Below, one piece after another: positions 39,171-52,279 of a DNA stretch of 64,000 nt. Where the stretch lies: contig JBITNC010000001.1 in NCBI GenBank assembly GCA_050084985.1, forward strand, positions 148,986,001-149,050,000, in the 5' to 3' direction. Every line of letters begins with the position of its first letter. The stretch's first letter is position 1. The notes beneath the pieces are model-generated. The model ran no database searches, was not told the DNA's origin, and saw only the letters and a list, made by a program, of their open reading frames with translations. Source of the stretch: Nageia nagi. Its lineage: Eukaryota; Plantae; Pinophyta. A program made the position numbers and the translations under genes.

Positions 39171-39915
39171 AAAATAAACCAAATTTACATGAATTATATA
39201 ATAGAATTGATCTTTGAAGGCCTTATAGACTAAATTTTTCACTTCTATGATTAAAGAATTCTAATAATCAAATTTGGATAATAATTTATAGTATTTAAAT
39301 ATCAAAATATTGTCTAATTCTACCCAAAATATTATTAGTATGGTTATCCATTGATGATGCAAAAATTGCATCAACCTATGAAAAAATTACTACATAGAAT
39401 TTGGGCCTAGATGGGTGATGCAAAAATAGGCACAAGATAATATAATGATTCCAAATAAAATGATTGCATAAAATGATAAAGGAAAGAGAAAAGTACAATT
39501 AAGATTTTCTCTACTCTCTCCATACCAAAGTACTAGATTACTTGTAATCCCTTCTCTAACATATATTGTTCATTGAGTGTTTTCTATTTCCTTCAAGTAT
39601 TTTTCCTTTCATGCAATTCTTACACCTCCTTCACCAACTCCTCACTCTACAATTTACAAGATTCTTAAAAAATAGTTCAATATGATGACTTTTTAGTATT
39701 TAAAATAAGGATTTCACAAATATTACTTCAATATACATAGGTAGTTATGTTCAGTTGATAATATGATTTCACCAATCAACAACATTGTCTATTTGTTCAA
39801 ATATTTAATAACAACACTTTTAAAAAAATGAAATGAAGTATAACTTCCTTTGCACCTTAAAGCATGCACCATGTTATTGTGTGAGACTCTTTATTATCTT
39901 TTGCATTACTTTGCA

Positions 39916-40002
39916 TCAACAATAATCTCCATAAGAACATTATTCATGTTTTAAATGATAACATCGATTTGCATACCTCATAACAATGTCCCTTGGAACA
40001 AC
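39916..40002 (-). pseudogene. DYW-domain C-terminus fragment
   Basis: Translates VVPRDIVMRYANRCYHLKHE*CSYGDYC*; consensus is REIVVRDANRFHHFKxGxCSCGDYW*. Confidence 0.82.
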
Positions 40003-41239
40003 TCATTTATGTTATGTGCCTACCAAGGAAACCAAATTTACATGAATTATATAATAAAATGGATTTTTGAAAGCCTTATAGACCAAAATTTTCACTTCTA
40101 TCACTAAATAATACCAATAATCAAATCTAGACAATAATCTTTAATAGTTAAATATACAAAATTGGTCTAATTCCATCCAAAAAACATTACCTGTGTTTTA
40201 TAGTTAGCAACCGAGCAACACTTTTTCATATAATATGAAAGTCCTATAATATGATTGATAACTCTTGATACTCATTTAGGAGGTGGCATGCAAATAATTA
40301 TCTTATAACATCTTAGGGAATTCATAGTGATTTTAGGAATTGTTAGAGGACCAAAGAGAAGTGTAGAGACAATTGGTAAAGAGAGTCATAGGAATAAGAG
40401 TAGAGTAGAGTAGGAGGAAAGGATGGTCCATCAATTGTTTTATAAATACCCTCTTTACATCATTGAAATTTTACCAAAGTATATAAAGAGGCCTTGGTAA
40501 TATAAGATTGATCCAAAGGAAGTCTGAAGGATGATACTTTGTATTATGTTGAGGAGGATGTTAGCATGAGATTTTGGTGATACATTGTAAATCTCTAGTG
40601 ACTTAGTGACCCAAGGAATTGGTAATTTGAAGGACTTAGAAACCTGATAGAGATTTTGAGATCTAGTGAAATACTTTGCAAATTAAAAAATTGATGAGTT
40701 ATCAAATGAAATCTGGAGACCATGCTTAGCAATTAGAGACTTGATGAATAAACCATATCAGTTTGGTTGTTAAGTTGCATTGGTTTGGTAATTGAAACTG
40801 ATCAATTTGGATAACTAATAAAGAGTAAAGGATTCATTATGAAGTGGCTCAAGGATAATGGAGTGAAACAACCCTTTTGAAGAGGCACAAAATATATATA
40901 AATGGTAATTAAATGTGATATGGAAAAGCATATATGTATTTATCCTCATCATTAGTATCATCATACCCATCATGGAAAATATCAGTATCACATGACTATA
41001 ATAAGATATAACATTTGAATTCCTATCCACATACCAAGGGCATTCCAACTAGAAAATTGTTATTGAATTATCAATATTAATGAAATAACCCTCCTTTTTC
41101 CAAATTGGCATACTTTGGCATTCTTATTTTATTTGTTGGTTCTTCTTCATTTGTAGGTAATGAACCCCCACTAGTGATCAATAATTTGAGAATCGTAAAC
41201 GTTAGTAGAAAGAATATGACTTTGATCAACATCCATTAT

Positions 41240-42400
41240 AAGTTAAGTGACTAAATCTAGAGGAAATGAAGGAGTGTAGGGAGAAGTATCTTTGCAATAA
41301 TCGTGATGAAAAATATGGGTCAAATCATAGATGCAACACACAAAATTTTTATATGTTAAATATTGATATTCGTGAAGATTCAATAATTAAGGAGGATAAG
41401 GTCATAATGGATGATGTAACAAATGAAATTAATAACATCAATGATGATACTCCTGAAACTTCTTGCAATACCCTTTTAGGATTTTCTTCTTTACAAACTA
41501 TGAAATATCCTAAACACTTCAAGCAATAGAATCTCATTTTGTTGATTAATTTAGTTACTACACATAATTTTATTTATCCATGGGTGGGAAAATAGGTTAA
41601 TTTTTGTATATATCCTAAAAATAGGTTTAAAGTGCTGATTGATATTGGATACAAAATTGCTTGTAAAAGAAAATATTGAAATATCAAACTAACCTTGGGA
41701 GATATAATTCGTAGAGTGACATAAATGCCCTTCCATTGTGATGTGGTCATGGGAGCTTGATGATTGTGGAAATTGGGGATTATATTATGGGATTTTACTA
41801 AATTATATATTCAATTCATGGTTGGACATAAATATACCCTCGAGGGGCTTCACTTAGGGCCCTCACAAATAATTAGTTTCCACCATATGGAGAAGTTTAT
41901 TTAGAAGGGAGGAAAGGAGATGGTTGCATAATTATTCTCATTCCAACCAATTGAGAAAGGATAAGGTAAACTTAGAGAATAACTACAATAAATTTTGGTA
42001 CACCATGCAAGATTTTTTGAAGAATCCATAGGGCTACCTATAAATTGCCTCTAAGATCATATTATATAACTTTTCCCTAGAAGTCAACCACTAAACATTC
42101 AATATTATCACTATCCTTATCTAAATAAAATGAAATTGAGAAATTAGTGTAGGATATGTTGGAAGCAATAATTATTCAACCTAATTTATGTCCTTACTTT
42201 TATCCAATCTTATTGGTCCAAAAACGAGGATGGGTCCTAGTGTATATACATCGACTTTTGCATTCTCAAAAAAATCACAGTAAATGATAAATTTTCCATT
42301 CTTGTCATTGATAAATTGTTGGATGAAATATATAGTGTTAAATAATTTTCCCTTTAGATAAATTTTATATTCTTTTAATTGACAAATAAGAGGAAAATAA
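41240..42400 (+). mobile_element. chromovirus-type (Reina/Tekay-like) Ty3 fragment: gag knuckle, protease, start of RT
   Basis: REKYLCNNRDEKYGSNHRC (from RxKGLCYNCDEKY..GHRC), LINLVTTHNFI (LIDSGxTHNF), PLNIQYYHYPY and KFSILVIDKLLDE. Confidence 0.75.
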
Positions 42401-42574
42401 GGTAAGGAAGGCGATAAGCATAAGACAGATAACTCCATTACAATTTCATGTAAATTGGTCAAGGTACGAAGGAAACTATTCCACACTATGATAATAGGTA
42501 TTATTGGTATGTTATTTATTGATTTATAATTAGATTAATAAAGAATAAAGTCTTGTATTATCATTGGGCCAAGT

Positions 42575-42760
42575 AAACACCTACCGAGTTTGGGGGTTCT
42601 CTTTCATTAAAGCTACCTAGGATTTGTACTCAACCCCACCCATGCTAGTTGCATCACAACTAAACTTAAGTATATCTGCAACATGTGAGGGGGGAGAGAT
42701 TAGAACCTCAATCCTATGTTTTTCTACTTAAGAGTTTTAAATCACCCAACTACTTGAAAA
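42575..42760 (-). mobile_element. possible tRNA-derived SINE remnant
   Basis: Minus strand AGTTGG...GAGGTTCTAATCTCTCCCC, A/B-box-like. Confidence 0.3.
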
Positions 42761-44269
42761 TCAAGTATGCATTGCTAAAGGTGGACTAAACTCATCCAAC
42801 TAGATCAATACATGATATTAAAAATTTGGTAGGCTCGATTAACCATTAGGATAATTAAGATCCCAACACCCAATAAGAAAATATGGTTAGAATATCATGT
42901 GAAATTAAATATGCTCAACTACTAGTTCAAATATAATATTAATTTAATTATATTGAATTAAGTTTAGAGTACAGGATATAAATATAGACATACCAAATTT
43001 TAAAACATTGATAGATAGAAAATTCAAAATCCATTCTGCAACACTAAGTTGGATATTAATACTTGAGCTTAGTTGAATTGAGAAGTCTATTCAATATGCT
43101 ATAGTGAGAGTTCATTGTGAAGTAATATTTAAAATATAAGTAGTTAAAGAAGACTTCAATATAAAGTACTCCAATAATCAAAATAAGAATGAGTTATGAA
43201 GTAGATTAAAAGCATATCTTAGTATCTAGAAAACACATCAATGATTAAATATCTTCAAGTATATTAAGAAAAGGACTCAATATAATAATGTGATTAAAGG
43301 AGAAGAATATAAATAAATAAGGATCTTTTTATCATTTACTCATTTTTAACCTTAGGTATTGTGCTAAATTCCCCTATCCATTTCTTCCATTTTCCTTTTC
43401 CATCTTTCAATCATTTTATTCTACATTCTTGAAATTTTCATAGGAGAGTAATCCAACTAAGCATCCATTGGAATTGTAGGCAAACACTATAGCCCTGTCA
43501 AAGCAATTTTGATATAGGTTAGGGAGATCATTACTTAAGGCTCTATTCAATTATTTCAATAGAGTATTTTTTTGTATTCATAAATATATTTTGTAGACCT
43601 TGAGTTGCATACTTGTGCAAATATTTTGAATATCAATATGATGATTTCTTATTTGGCTAAATATTTTATGTCTATTTAAGAATGCTTTCCCTTTTACAAT
43701 GTTACATCATTTGAATACCACATAAGTGTGTAGAAACATAAATGTGTTATTCTACATTACTCTATTCTTCTCATTACATTATTTTAAAGATTAGTTACAA
43801 GAGTATTATTCTATTTTATCTTTATTCAAAGACTTCATGCCCATTTCACACCTAGGATACTTGACATCGATATGATAAGATTTTATTTGGAAAGATCATG
43901 GTGATTAGATCCTTATTTTTTATAAAATTTAATTTTTTTCTTGTTACATTGATTGATGTTTGAGATTTAAATCTTTAGAAAGATCATAAATAGAGTTACA
44001 ACCATAAGCTAGATAGTTTTTGATCCAAAAATGTTGTCAAGTAATATGAGATTAGCCTAAAAAGGAGATTATTTTTGGATAATATCAAATTAGTTGATAA
44101 ATGAGAAAAATATTATTTTCAACATTCATCTTAGAATTTCTTTGAGACTAGGATCCTAAATTTTTCACATTACTATGTTCTCAAACTTACCTCTATGATA
44201 GGTTCTAGTTGTGAATCTTCTTCTTCAATCTCAATATCACTATGGGGAAAAATGAAACCTTAAATAATA

Positions 44270-44494
44270 TTGATAAAATTAAATGTATTATCATTAGATT
44301 TTATTATAAAAATATTTCTTGCATGCTCAAACTTCAAACATTTATGAAGGGTTGAAGGAAAAGCCTTCATAGAATGGATCCATGGTCTCCCAAGAAATAG
44401 GTTGCAAGGGAGGTCTCCTTGAAACACATACCACTTCATTGTAACAATCTTAGGATCTAATTCAATGGGAAATGATACTACTCTAATACATTAT
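44270..44494 (-). mobile_element. Tat/Ogre protease fragment; target site of the 44495 element
   Basis: Minus strand PCNLFLGRPWIHSMKAFPSTLHKCLKFEH, cut off at the TGTAAA LTR start. Confidence 0.75.
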
Positions 44495-45728
44495 TGTAAA
44501 CACCCAAAAAATGCATTTTGTGTTGTTGATAGGGTTATATTAACATTTATTACATTTATCATGTATTGTATTATCATGTTTAACTAACATGTGTTTGCAA
44601 CATCTTCGATGAGATTGATCAATTCTATTTCGATCTTTAAGTTGCTTCTAACACATTATTTCCAATCTCCTAGATGATCTTGCACATTACATAATCATCC
44701 AAATGATCTCATTTGAGGTTTATAAAAGCCAATTTGGGCTGACTTTTTGAGACTCTTCTTGCATTTGCATACTTTTTATGAGCTCTGTGACTTTTGTAAT
44801 TTACTGTGTCCATATGTACCTATGACATCAATTTGCAAGAGACAACATTAAGACTTGAGCTCATCTTTTCACATATTGGGAACACTTCTCCATGACACAT
44901 GGATTGAGGTATATTTTAGTCATTTGAGGTTGCTTATGTTATTAATGATGAATTTCATGGGTATTTATAGATTTGAAGCTCTTATCACATTCAATTGAAG
45001 ATTTATGTCCTTGATTAAATTCTAGATTTATAATTATGTCATATAGGCATATTTAGGTTGATTTCATACTTAGGGTTTCAAACTAGGGTTTGAAATTTAA
45101 GGTCCAGACCCTAGGGTTTGAAATCTCTTTGTTTTCACATTTACATTCGTAGCTTTAGATCTATTATTTATAGCTTTAAATTCATAGTCATTATTACTAT
45201 ATTGGATCATTTTATGAGATATTTAAGCATACATAGTCTTTGTCAAATATTTATCATAGAATTGTAATTTATCTTTGTCTACTTATCTTTTAGAAGAATT
45301 TTTCCATATTCTATATGTCTAAATCATATTTACATAATAGGCATTGTGATATTTTCTAGCATCCAATTGATTATGGACAAGGAGACTTACAACCTCTTTG
45401 AGCTGGGGTTTCACCTCACTTGGACAATCGTAAGGTCTAAAGGAATTATGATTTGAAGTCTCCATTAATATTTATGTTTTCCTTTCAGGTCTAGACATCA
45501 AATTGCACCATTGAAGCATAAAGGATAATCTCTAAACCCTACCTTGTCAATATTGTCAATACATATCATAAGAAAATTAGGTGGAATGTATCAAGATTCT
45601 TGGAGGTGCACATGAATGTTGTGAGTATTTTAGGTAAAGGGATTTTGACCCATTCATAGATGCCAATCATGGTGGGACCCTATTGGTACTAAACCCCAAG
45701 ACAAAAGAGGATTCCCTAAGCCTTTACA
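44495..45728 (+). repeat. 5' LTR of the Tat/Ogre element
   Basis: Termini TGTAAA...TTTACA, followed by a T-run and TGGTGG (PBS-like). Interrupts an older protease fragment. No second copy in the window to confirm. Confidence 0.65.
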
Positions 45729-48700
45729 TTTTTTTTGGTGGTTTTAACTTTTAGACATTTCTTGCATTTTAGAGAGTTTCTATGATTGATTTTTGATGAA
45801 ACTTGTAGGATACCTTACTACAAAGTGGTAGAACCAAACCTAAAAACTTCAAAGGCCCACTATCACCATAGAGAAAATCATCTATCTACAAGCTGATTCT
45901 AACTATAAATTGCCCTTTAGTGGGATGACCCTACAATCATTTAGATGATTTTGTAGTCACCCTAAAATCAAATGATTTTGATTGTATATCTAGTTTCAAT
46001 AATATTTTTACATTTCTTGTACTTAGATCACATCTATAGTAGGGAAAGCAGTCCATTGTTAGGTTTATCTATAAAAATTTAGGTTTCCTTATCATAGGAT
46101 GCATCATTTTACCCTTATCACATGGTTTTATTATAGGTTAAATTTCAACTTTTATTTTTATCTTTGAGTGCACTGTGGTTGTCTGGATGACTATTGATCA
46201 CCCGAACAACTAGCATTATTTGCATAATCATCCTTATAGTGGAGGATTATATGGAAAATATTTGTAACCTCATTTAAACCAACCAATGAGGATTGTGAAG
46301 GAACATTCTTGGGCTGGGTTAGTCTTTGAATTTCTTTCTATACCTGGTCCATATTGTTTGGTTGCTCTTTACATATAGGATTGCCACTTCTCTTTAGTAA
46401 AATTTGCATTACATTTTGGGGGGAGTGGTACATACACTTTGAAGTTTTCCTTTGGTGCTTAAAATTTACAATCTTGAATAAGGGTTTTATTATTATTTTG
46501 AGGACTCTTTGCTGATTGCTTAGTGCATAAAAATAATTGATATCTCTACATTATTTTTCATTTGAAAAGAATGGAAAAAGGTTTTATTGCTTTAGCATAT
46601 TTGGGTGGGAGTGCCTTGCATTTTATTTTGAAAAGAAAGTATTTTGGAGGTGTAATTACATTGCACTATCATCCTAGGATTGCATCTCATATTTGCTTAT
46701 TGTACTAAAGTCCATCACAAGCCTAGGGAGTGATTAGGGTATTTGGATGTGATTCCCATTGCCTAAACCATACATAGATTTCATCACCAATTTGGGAGCC
46801 CTGCCTATTGAATAGGAGTGTCAATAGAGGTACTTAAGACACCCTTGTAAAATGATTCATCCCCTAGAGATTGAGCCTTACCCAAAAACACTTGACTAGA
46901 ATCATCTCTAGGAAAACTAAAAAGAGCCAATTTTTACAATTGTATTTAAAATTTAGTCACTAAAAAGATAATTTTTCAAATTGAATAAGAAGAAACTAAA
47001 GAAGATAATCACTAATGCTATCTATCACTAGTGCTTCTTATCATTAATTTATATTTGAAGTGATCATTAAAACTCTTTGGTGTTAATTTCATCTACATTA
47101 AGCAAGATATTTAACAAAATTATAGGCTCTTTGTTGGGTGATTTATTGCTTTAACACTATTTTATTTTTATATTGTATGCTTAGATTTTGTATGGAGTTC
47201 TTGTTTGATTCATTTAGTCTACCTTTGTAATCATGTATCGTATACCTTCCAAGGATGAAAATTCTTGGTATTCTCACATGGTCAAAACTAGAGGTCAATG
47301 TAGGGCTAGAGAGTTAGAGGAAGAGGAACACAATAACCAAGTAAATCAATCAAATCCTCTTCCACCATTTCATGTGTCTCATATTAGGTCATATACATCC
47401 CATCATTCACCCCTGCATGATCATGCATAGACATCACCTCATATTTCCTTTAGTCAAACTTTAGAGAGGTTTTATGTCCTTGAGGCCACCCCTTAGCAGG
47501 AGGGATGAGATCTTGTGATATGCCATAGGGCAATCTTATCTAGGATAGAGAGTCATTTCTCTTTTGAGAGATATACCATACAAAATTAGATAGATTTGTC
47601 TTAGGTTTATCCATATCCTATCCCACAACATGACTTAGAGCATCATGTGCCTAGGCCTATATCTAGTTCCTCCCATCTTCCTATTTATCCCACTGAGTCC
47701 CATTTATCTTTGCATGAGATGTTTTTGAGTGATCTTATGATTAAAGGCTTGCATAGATAGTTTTAAGAAGCTTAATATCATCCTTTAGATCCTCTCAATA
47801 GGGAACCTTTACCCCAATTATCTCCTATTATTGAGGTACCTCATTATAGGGTTTTTTTCATATGATGGAGAGACATCGAATGGTCACATAGAGGATGCTT
47901 CATTATCTCACATTACTAGGTCACATTACCTTAATCCCACCATATGATACATCTTCAATGAGCCTCCCAAGATGTCATATAGTGAGGAGCCCTTATTACA
48001 TCCTAGGTCATTTCCATACGTCAATGCATTATACAATCAACCTCCTTCACATCCTAGATCAGCCACATTTAGATCTTCACATGGTCCCTCAGGTCCTCCT
48101 CCTAGCAAACCACCTATACATCTTATTATTCTTGAGCTAAATGTTCTTACCTTTCATAGGACCACTTCATCTCCCCTTAGCAATTAGGTTGGATGTTACT
48201 ACAATGATACACATTTGATGAACCAACCCAAGAGTCAACATGTGCCTCACCCAGTGCATGACCTTGAGCCTTTCCATCATGTTAGCTCTCATCTTATTCA
48301 TCCTACCATACCTTGTATTCTTGTGTCTCATTCATATCTAGTTTCTCAATATAGAGTTCATATAGGGTATGGACCTTATTCACACCCAATCAATCTACCA
48401 CCATAGCCACATTATTCCTTTTCTTCTCGTGTGTTGGTTCCATCCCAATAGGTATATGCACATTAGTTTGTAGATTCTTATCATGCATATATGATTAAGT
48501 ATCTCATCACATCTAAGCCTCTTCGAATGGGCCCTCCTAATTTCCCATCTATCATGAGTTGTAGTATTCACATATTAGAGGAATTTCAAATAAAACCCTC
48601 CAAATATTGAACCAAAGGTAATGTTTGATACATGACCTAATTATGAGCATTCATATAGACAAGATAAAGATCCATATTACAATGACCAATATGACCAGTA

Positions 48701-51033
48701 CAACCAGTATGATGACCAACCTATCAGTATAGTTCTAAAACAAATAGGCTATGGTTAGCACTCAACCTCTCATCATAAATGATGAGATCTTAAAGAGGTT
48801 GGAATACATAGAGCTTAAAGTCAATGAGCATGGAAAGGCCAAGTTGTCATACACTATGATTTGTAATGAACCTATTCACTCAAGTGTACAAATAAAAACC
48901 CTTCCTTATAATTTTGAGATATCAAAAATAGACAAGTTTAAAGGAAAGGAAGATCCTAAAGAGCATTTATTCCTTTGAACAATTGGTTGACAAGTTCCTT
49001 AATCATTTCACCATCAACATATGTAAACAAGCATCCATTACAAACTTTCATAATTTGAGGATGAGTCCATTTCAAATTACTTATGTATGTGGAGAGCCAT
49101 TTTCATGGACATACCTTATACTTTTTTGCAAGATGAATTGGTCAATTTATTCTCTAGGAGCGGTAATAAGCATATCTCTTCTATCCTTAGAATTCAACAA
49201 CATCATACTTTTGAGGATGCTTTACCTCAATCCAAGTTAATAAAAGAGGCTAAGATCCAAGATGATGAGATTAAACTAAGAAAGAAAGATAACAACAATA
49301 TGAAGACCACAATAATGGTAATAACCCTTATTACTTTTTATCAAAAGTCACAAAGTAATCAAGTGTCTCATGAGGTATCACAACATAGCCAATGGTTCAA
49401 TTGGCTCCTCCATGACCACCTAGGACTAATCCACCCTCACAAACACAAGCTCAAGAAATACCTAAGAAATCTTGATAGCCAAGGCCATGCAAACCTTGAA
49501 CACCTTTTGTCAAACCTATTGAGAAAGTTTTGAAGAAACTCCTAGATGCAAAATTGATCAATCTCCCCAACATTAAACCTAAAGATCCTAATTGGGAGAA
49601 ACCAACATGGTATAAAGATAATGAGTATTACATTTAACATAGACAAAAAGGACATGACACAAATAAATGCAGTCAATTAAGGAACACCATTCATAGGCTA
49701 ATAGATAATGGGAAAGTGTCGATAGGAAATCTAATGGCTCAAACCAATAGAAATTTGGATGTTTTCTAGGATCCCTTGCCTAGGTACAACAATAATGTCA
49801 ATCAAATATTTTCAGAAGTGAAACAATAGGTTATTCATGACTATAATCCAAGGAAGAATAATGAGTTCATGGGTTTTACCAACATAGATTCATATTTTTT
49901 CTTTATGATAGGTATTTATATAACCCTTAACTTTGAGTTTATGGGTACCATGGATCTGTCTTTAGCATATCAAATCATAAAGGTTCATGATAATAATACG
50001 ATCAAAGTTATTACTAGAATAGGTAGAGGTAATGATCAAAAACCTCCTCCTCCCTTTCAAGATGCAAGAATCCAACAACTATTACCTCAACCTATGGTCT
50101 AGATTCAAAATCAAGCTCTTAGAGCCCTAGTAAGCATATAGACATAGTTGGAACAACAGCTCAAGATCACTCAAACAAAGATTTCCCTATAGGACTTATT
50201 TCAATAATCTCCTAAATATAGGAATCCTTTGAACAATATCTTGAAGGCTATTGAGTTAGATAGTAACAACCCAAATTCTTTTGGAGACTTTATAGGGGTT
50301 ATTCATAGTGCCACTAGACCCAACATTACTTTCTTTTAAGATGAGATTCAAAATTCTCCTCTCAATAAGCCAAAGCACCTAGCTTTGTACATTATAGCTT
50401 TTATGGATTCTAATCCATTAAAGAGAATCTTGGTAGAAAATGGGTCAGTAATTAATATCATATCTTTAGTAGCACTTGAGAAACTAAATGTCCCTATCAA
50501 GTTCTTGAATGCTCCTATGCTTATGATTAGGACCTTTAATAATACTTTGGCTACTACTATGGGCACCATTATTCTTCTAGTTAAAGTTGAAGTCAGAGAG
50601 ATTGCAGCAACTTATCATGTGGTCGAAGGTGAGATGTAGTATATCTTGCTTTTAGGTTGCCCATGGATAGAATACATGGAGGTAGTTCCCTTCTCCTTAC
50701 ACCAATGCATGGAGTATCTACATAATAAAATGGTCCATTGCATTATAGGCAATCCAAACCCTTAAATTATTGCAACTTCAATTTTTCTCTTGAGTCCCCT
50801 TAGATTCCATATTGGCATCTTTTGCCTATCACTATTCTTGTGAATGATCATCCTAATCTAGTGTTGTCTTGTTCATAAGAACCTTCCTCCTTGAATTTAT
50901 CATCTATTCAATATGCTTTGTCCTCATAGCCATCCTCTTCATCTACCTTGAGCATGGATCCCTTTATACATCATGAGGTTTAATCACTTGAGGATTCTAC
51001 ATGACCTTCTTCTAATTGTTAGACCTTATCTGC

Positions 51034-51984
51034 TGATCCATAAACTATAAGATTAAAATTTCAATTTAACCTTTTCTCACGATCAATTCACACTTAAAAT
51101 AATTAAGTGCTTGTAAAGGAAAATCAGGAAACAAATTGTAAACATAGAGAAGAGAAAAGCATTCACCATAGAAAGAGACAAGCAAAATTATCCTGGTTCA
51201 CCCAGTGTGGGCTACATCCAACTCAAAAGCTCTCTACTATCAATGGGTGGAATCACTTTACAAGGCCTCCATGGTCCTTCAAAAGCTCCTCTCACATTCA
51301 CAACACACTAACAACTTTGAAAATCACAAGAACTGAAAACAACTTCTTGAAATCCTTTTTTTATTTCACGTCTAATTTGCTCCCCTTTTATACAATTTTT
51401 GAGGGATAAAGTTGGAGAGTATTACAACTAGAAAATTCCATACAAAACCTATTTTCAAATACCCATTAACCTCCTTGTTCTTCCTATCAAATTAGGGCTC
51501 AAATGGTTGTAAAAATCTCCCAAAAATGAGCTCTAAAATCAAAATAATACGCTCTCTAGTCTGTTTCAGGCTAACAAAATTAACTCAACCTAATAATAGG
51601 ACCTTAGGTGAATCAAAAATCACCAAAAACTTTAAAAATGCCAAAAAATACATTAAAAAACTTAACATTGGTCGGGTGCATTATGGTGGCAACACGTGGC
51701 GCTTGCTGGGTAGAAGTCAACTTGGTTGACTGGCAGCTTGGCTGCTAGTCAGGCGATGGCTTGGTGGTAGGTCATGGTTTTGGTTGGTGTAGGTTGTCCA
51801 TGCAGGTAGCTTCGCTAGGTTGGTGGTCACATGCAAGCAGATGGGCTGGCAGTTCATGGTCAACCAAGCTAGCAACCAGGGTGGTCAAATGTTCATGCAG
51901 GCCTCCACGTGGTCTGATGGTGGCACAAGCACCTTGTCATGCCTCCTCCTCTTGCATGGTCTCCATGGTGGTGGGTGGGTCCCA

Positions 51985-52056
<72 letters not shown>

Positions 52057-52225
52057 CTAAATTTTTTTTTTCAAAATACTCAAACTGAATTAATACCATA
52101 TCTTCCACATATGGACTCGGATTCATGATCCGAAAGAAGCATCGAAAAGCTGATGACAAGATGATCACAATGAACACACTAAAATGGAGATTACTAAATG
52201 TTGAAGGGATCCAAATTTTGGATCA
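51034..52225 (-). repeat. 3' LTR of nested chromovirus
   Basis: Aligns end to end with 56307-57479; contains a (TA)25 plus poly-T microsatellite at 51991-52056. Confidence 0.95.
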
Positions 52226-52279
52226 TTCCTCCCCATTGAGAGAGACCTTTTATCCCCAAAAGCATTTAGGATGATAAAA

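Larger units (their letters stand above)
38606..40195. repeat. three dispersed direct copies of a ~170-300-bp AT-rich unit (38606-38839, 39176-39480, 40029-40195)
   Basis: Shared blocks AATAATCAAAT(T/C)T(G/A)GA, AAACCAAATTTACATGAATTATATAATA and AAATTACTACATAGAA(C/T)TTGGGCC. Confidence 0.85.

Noticed and set aside
45065-45125. Interstitial telomere
   Set aside because: Only three dispersed TAGGGTTT motifs inside an LTR, not a tandem array.
51761-52177. ORFs containing YIYIYI and FFFF
   Set aside because: Artefacts of the (TA)n/poly-T microsatellite in the LTR; likewise 57134-57381 and 13193-13402.
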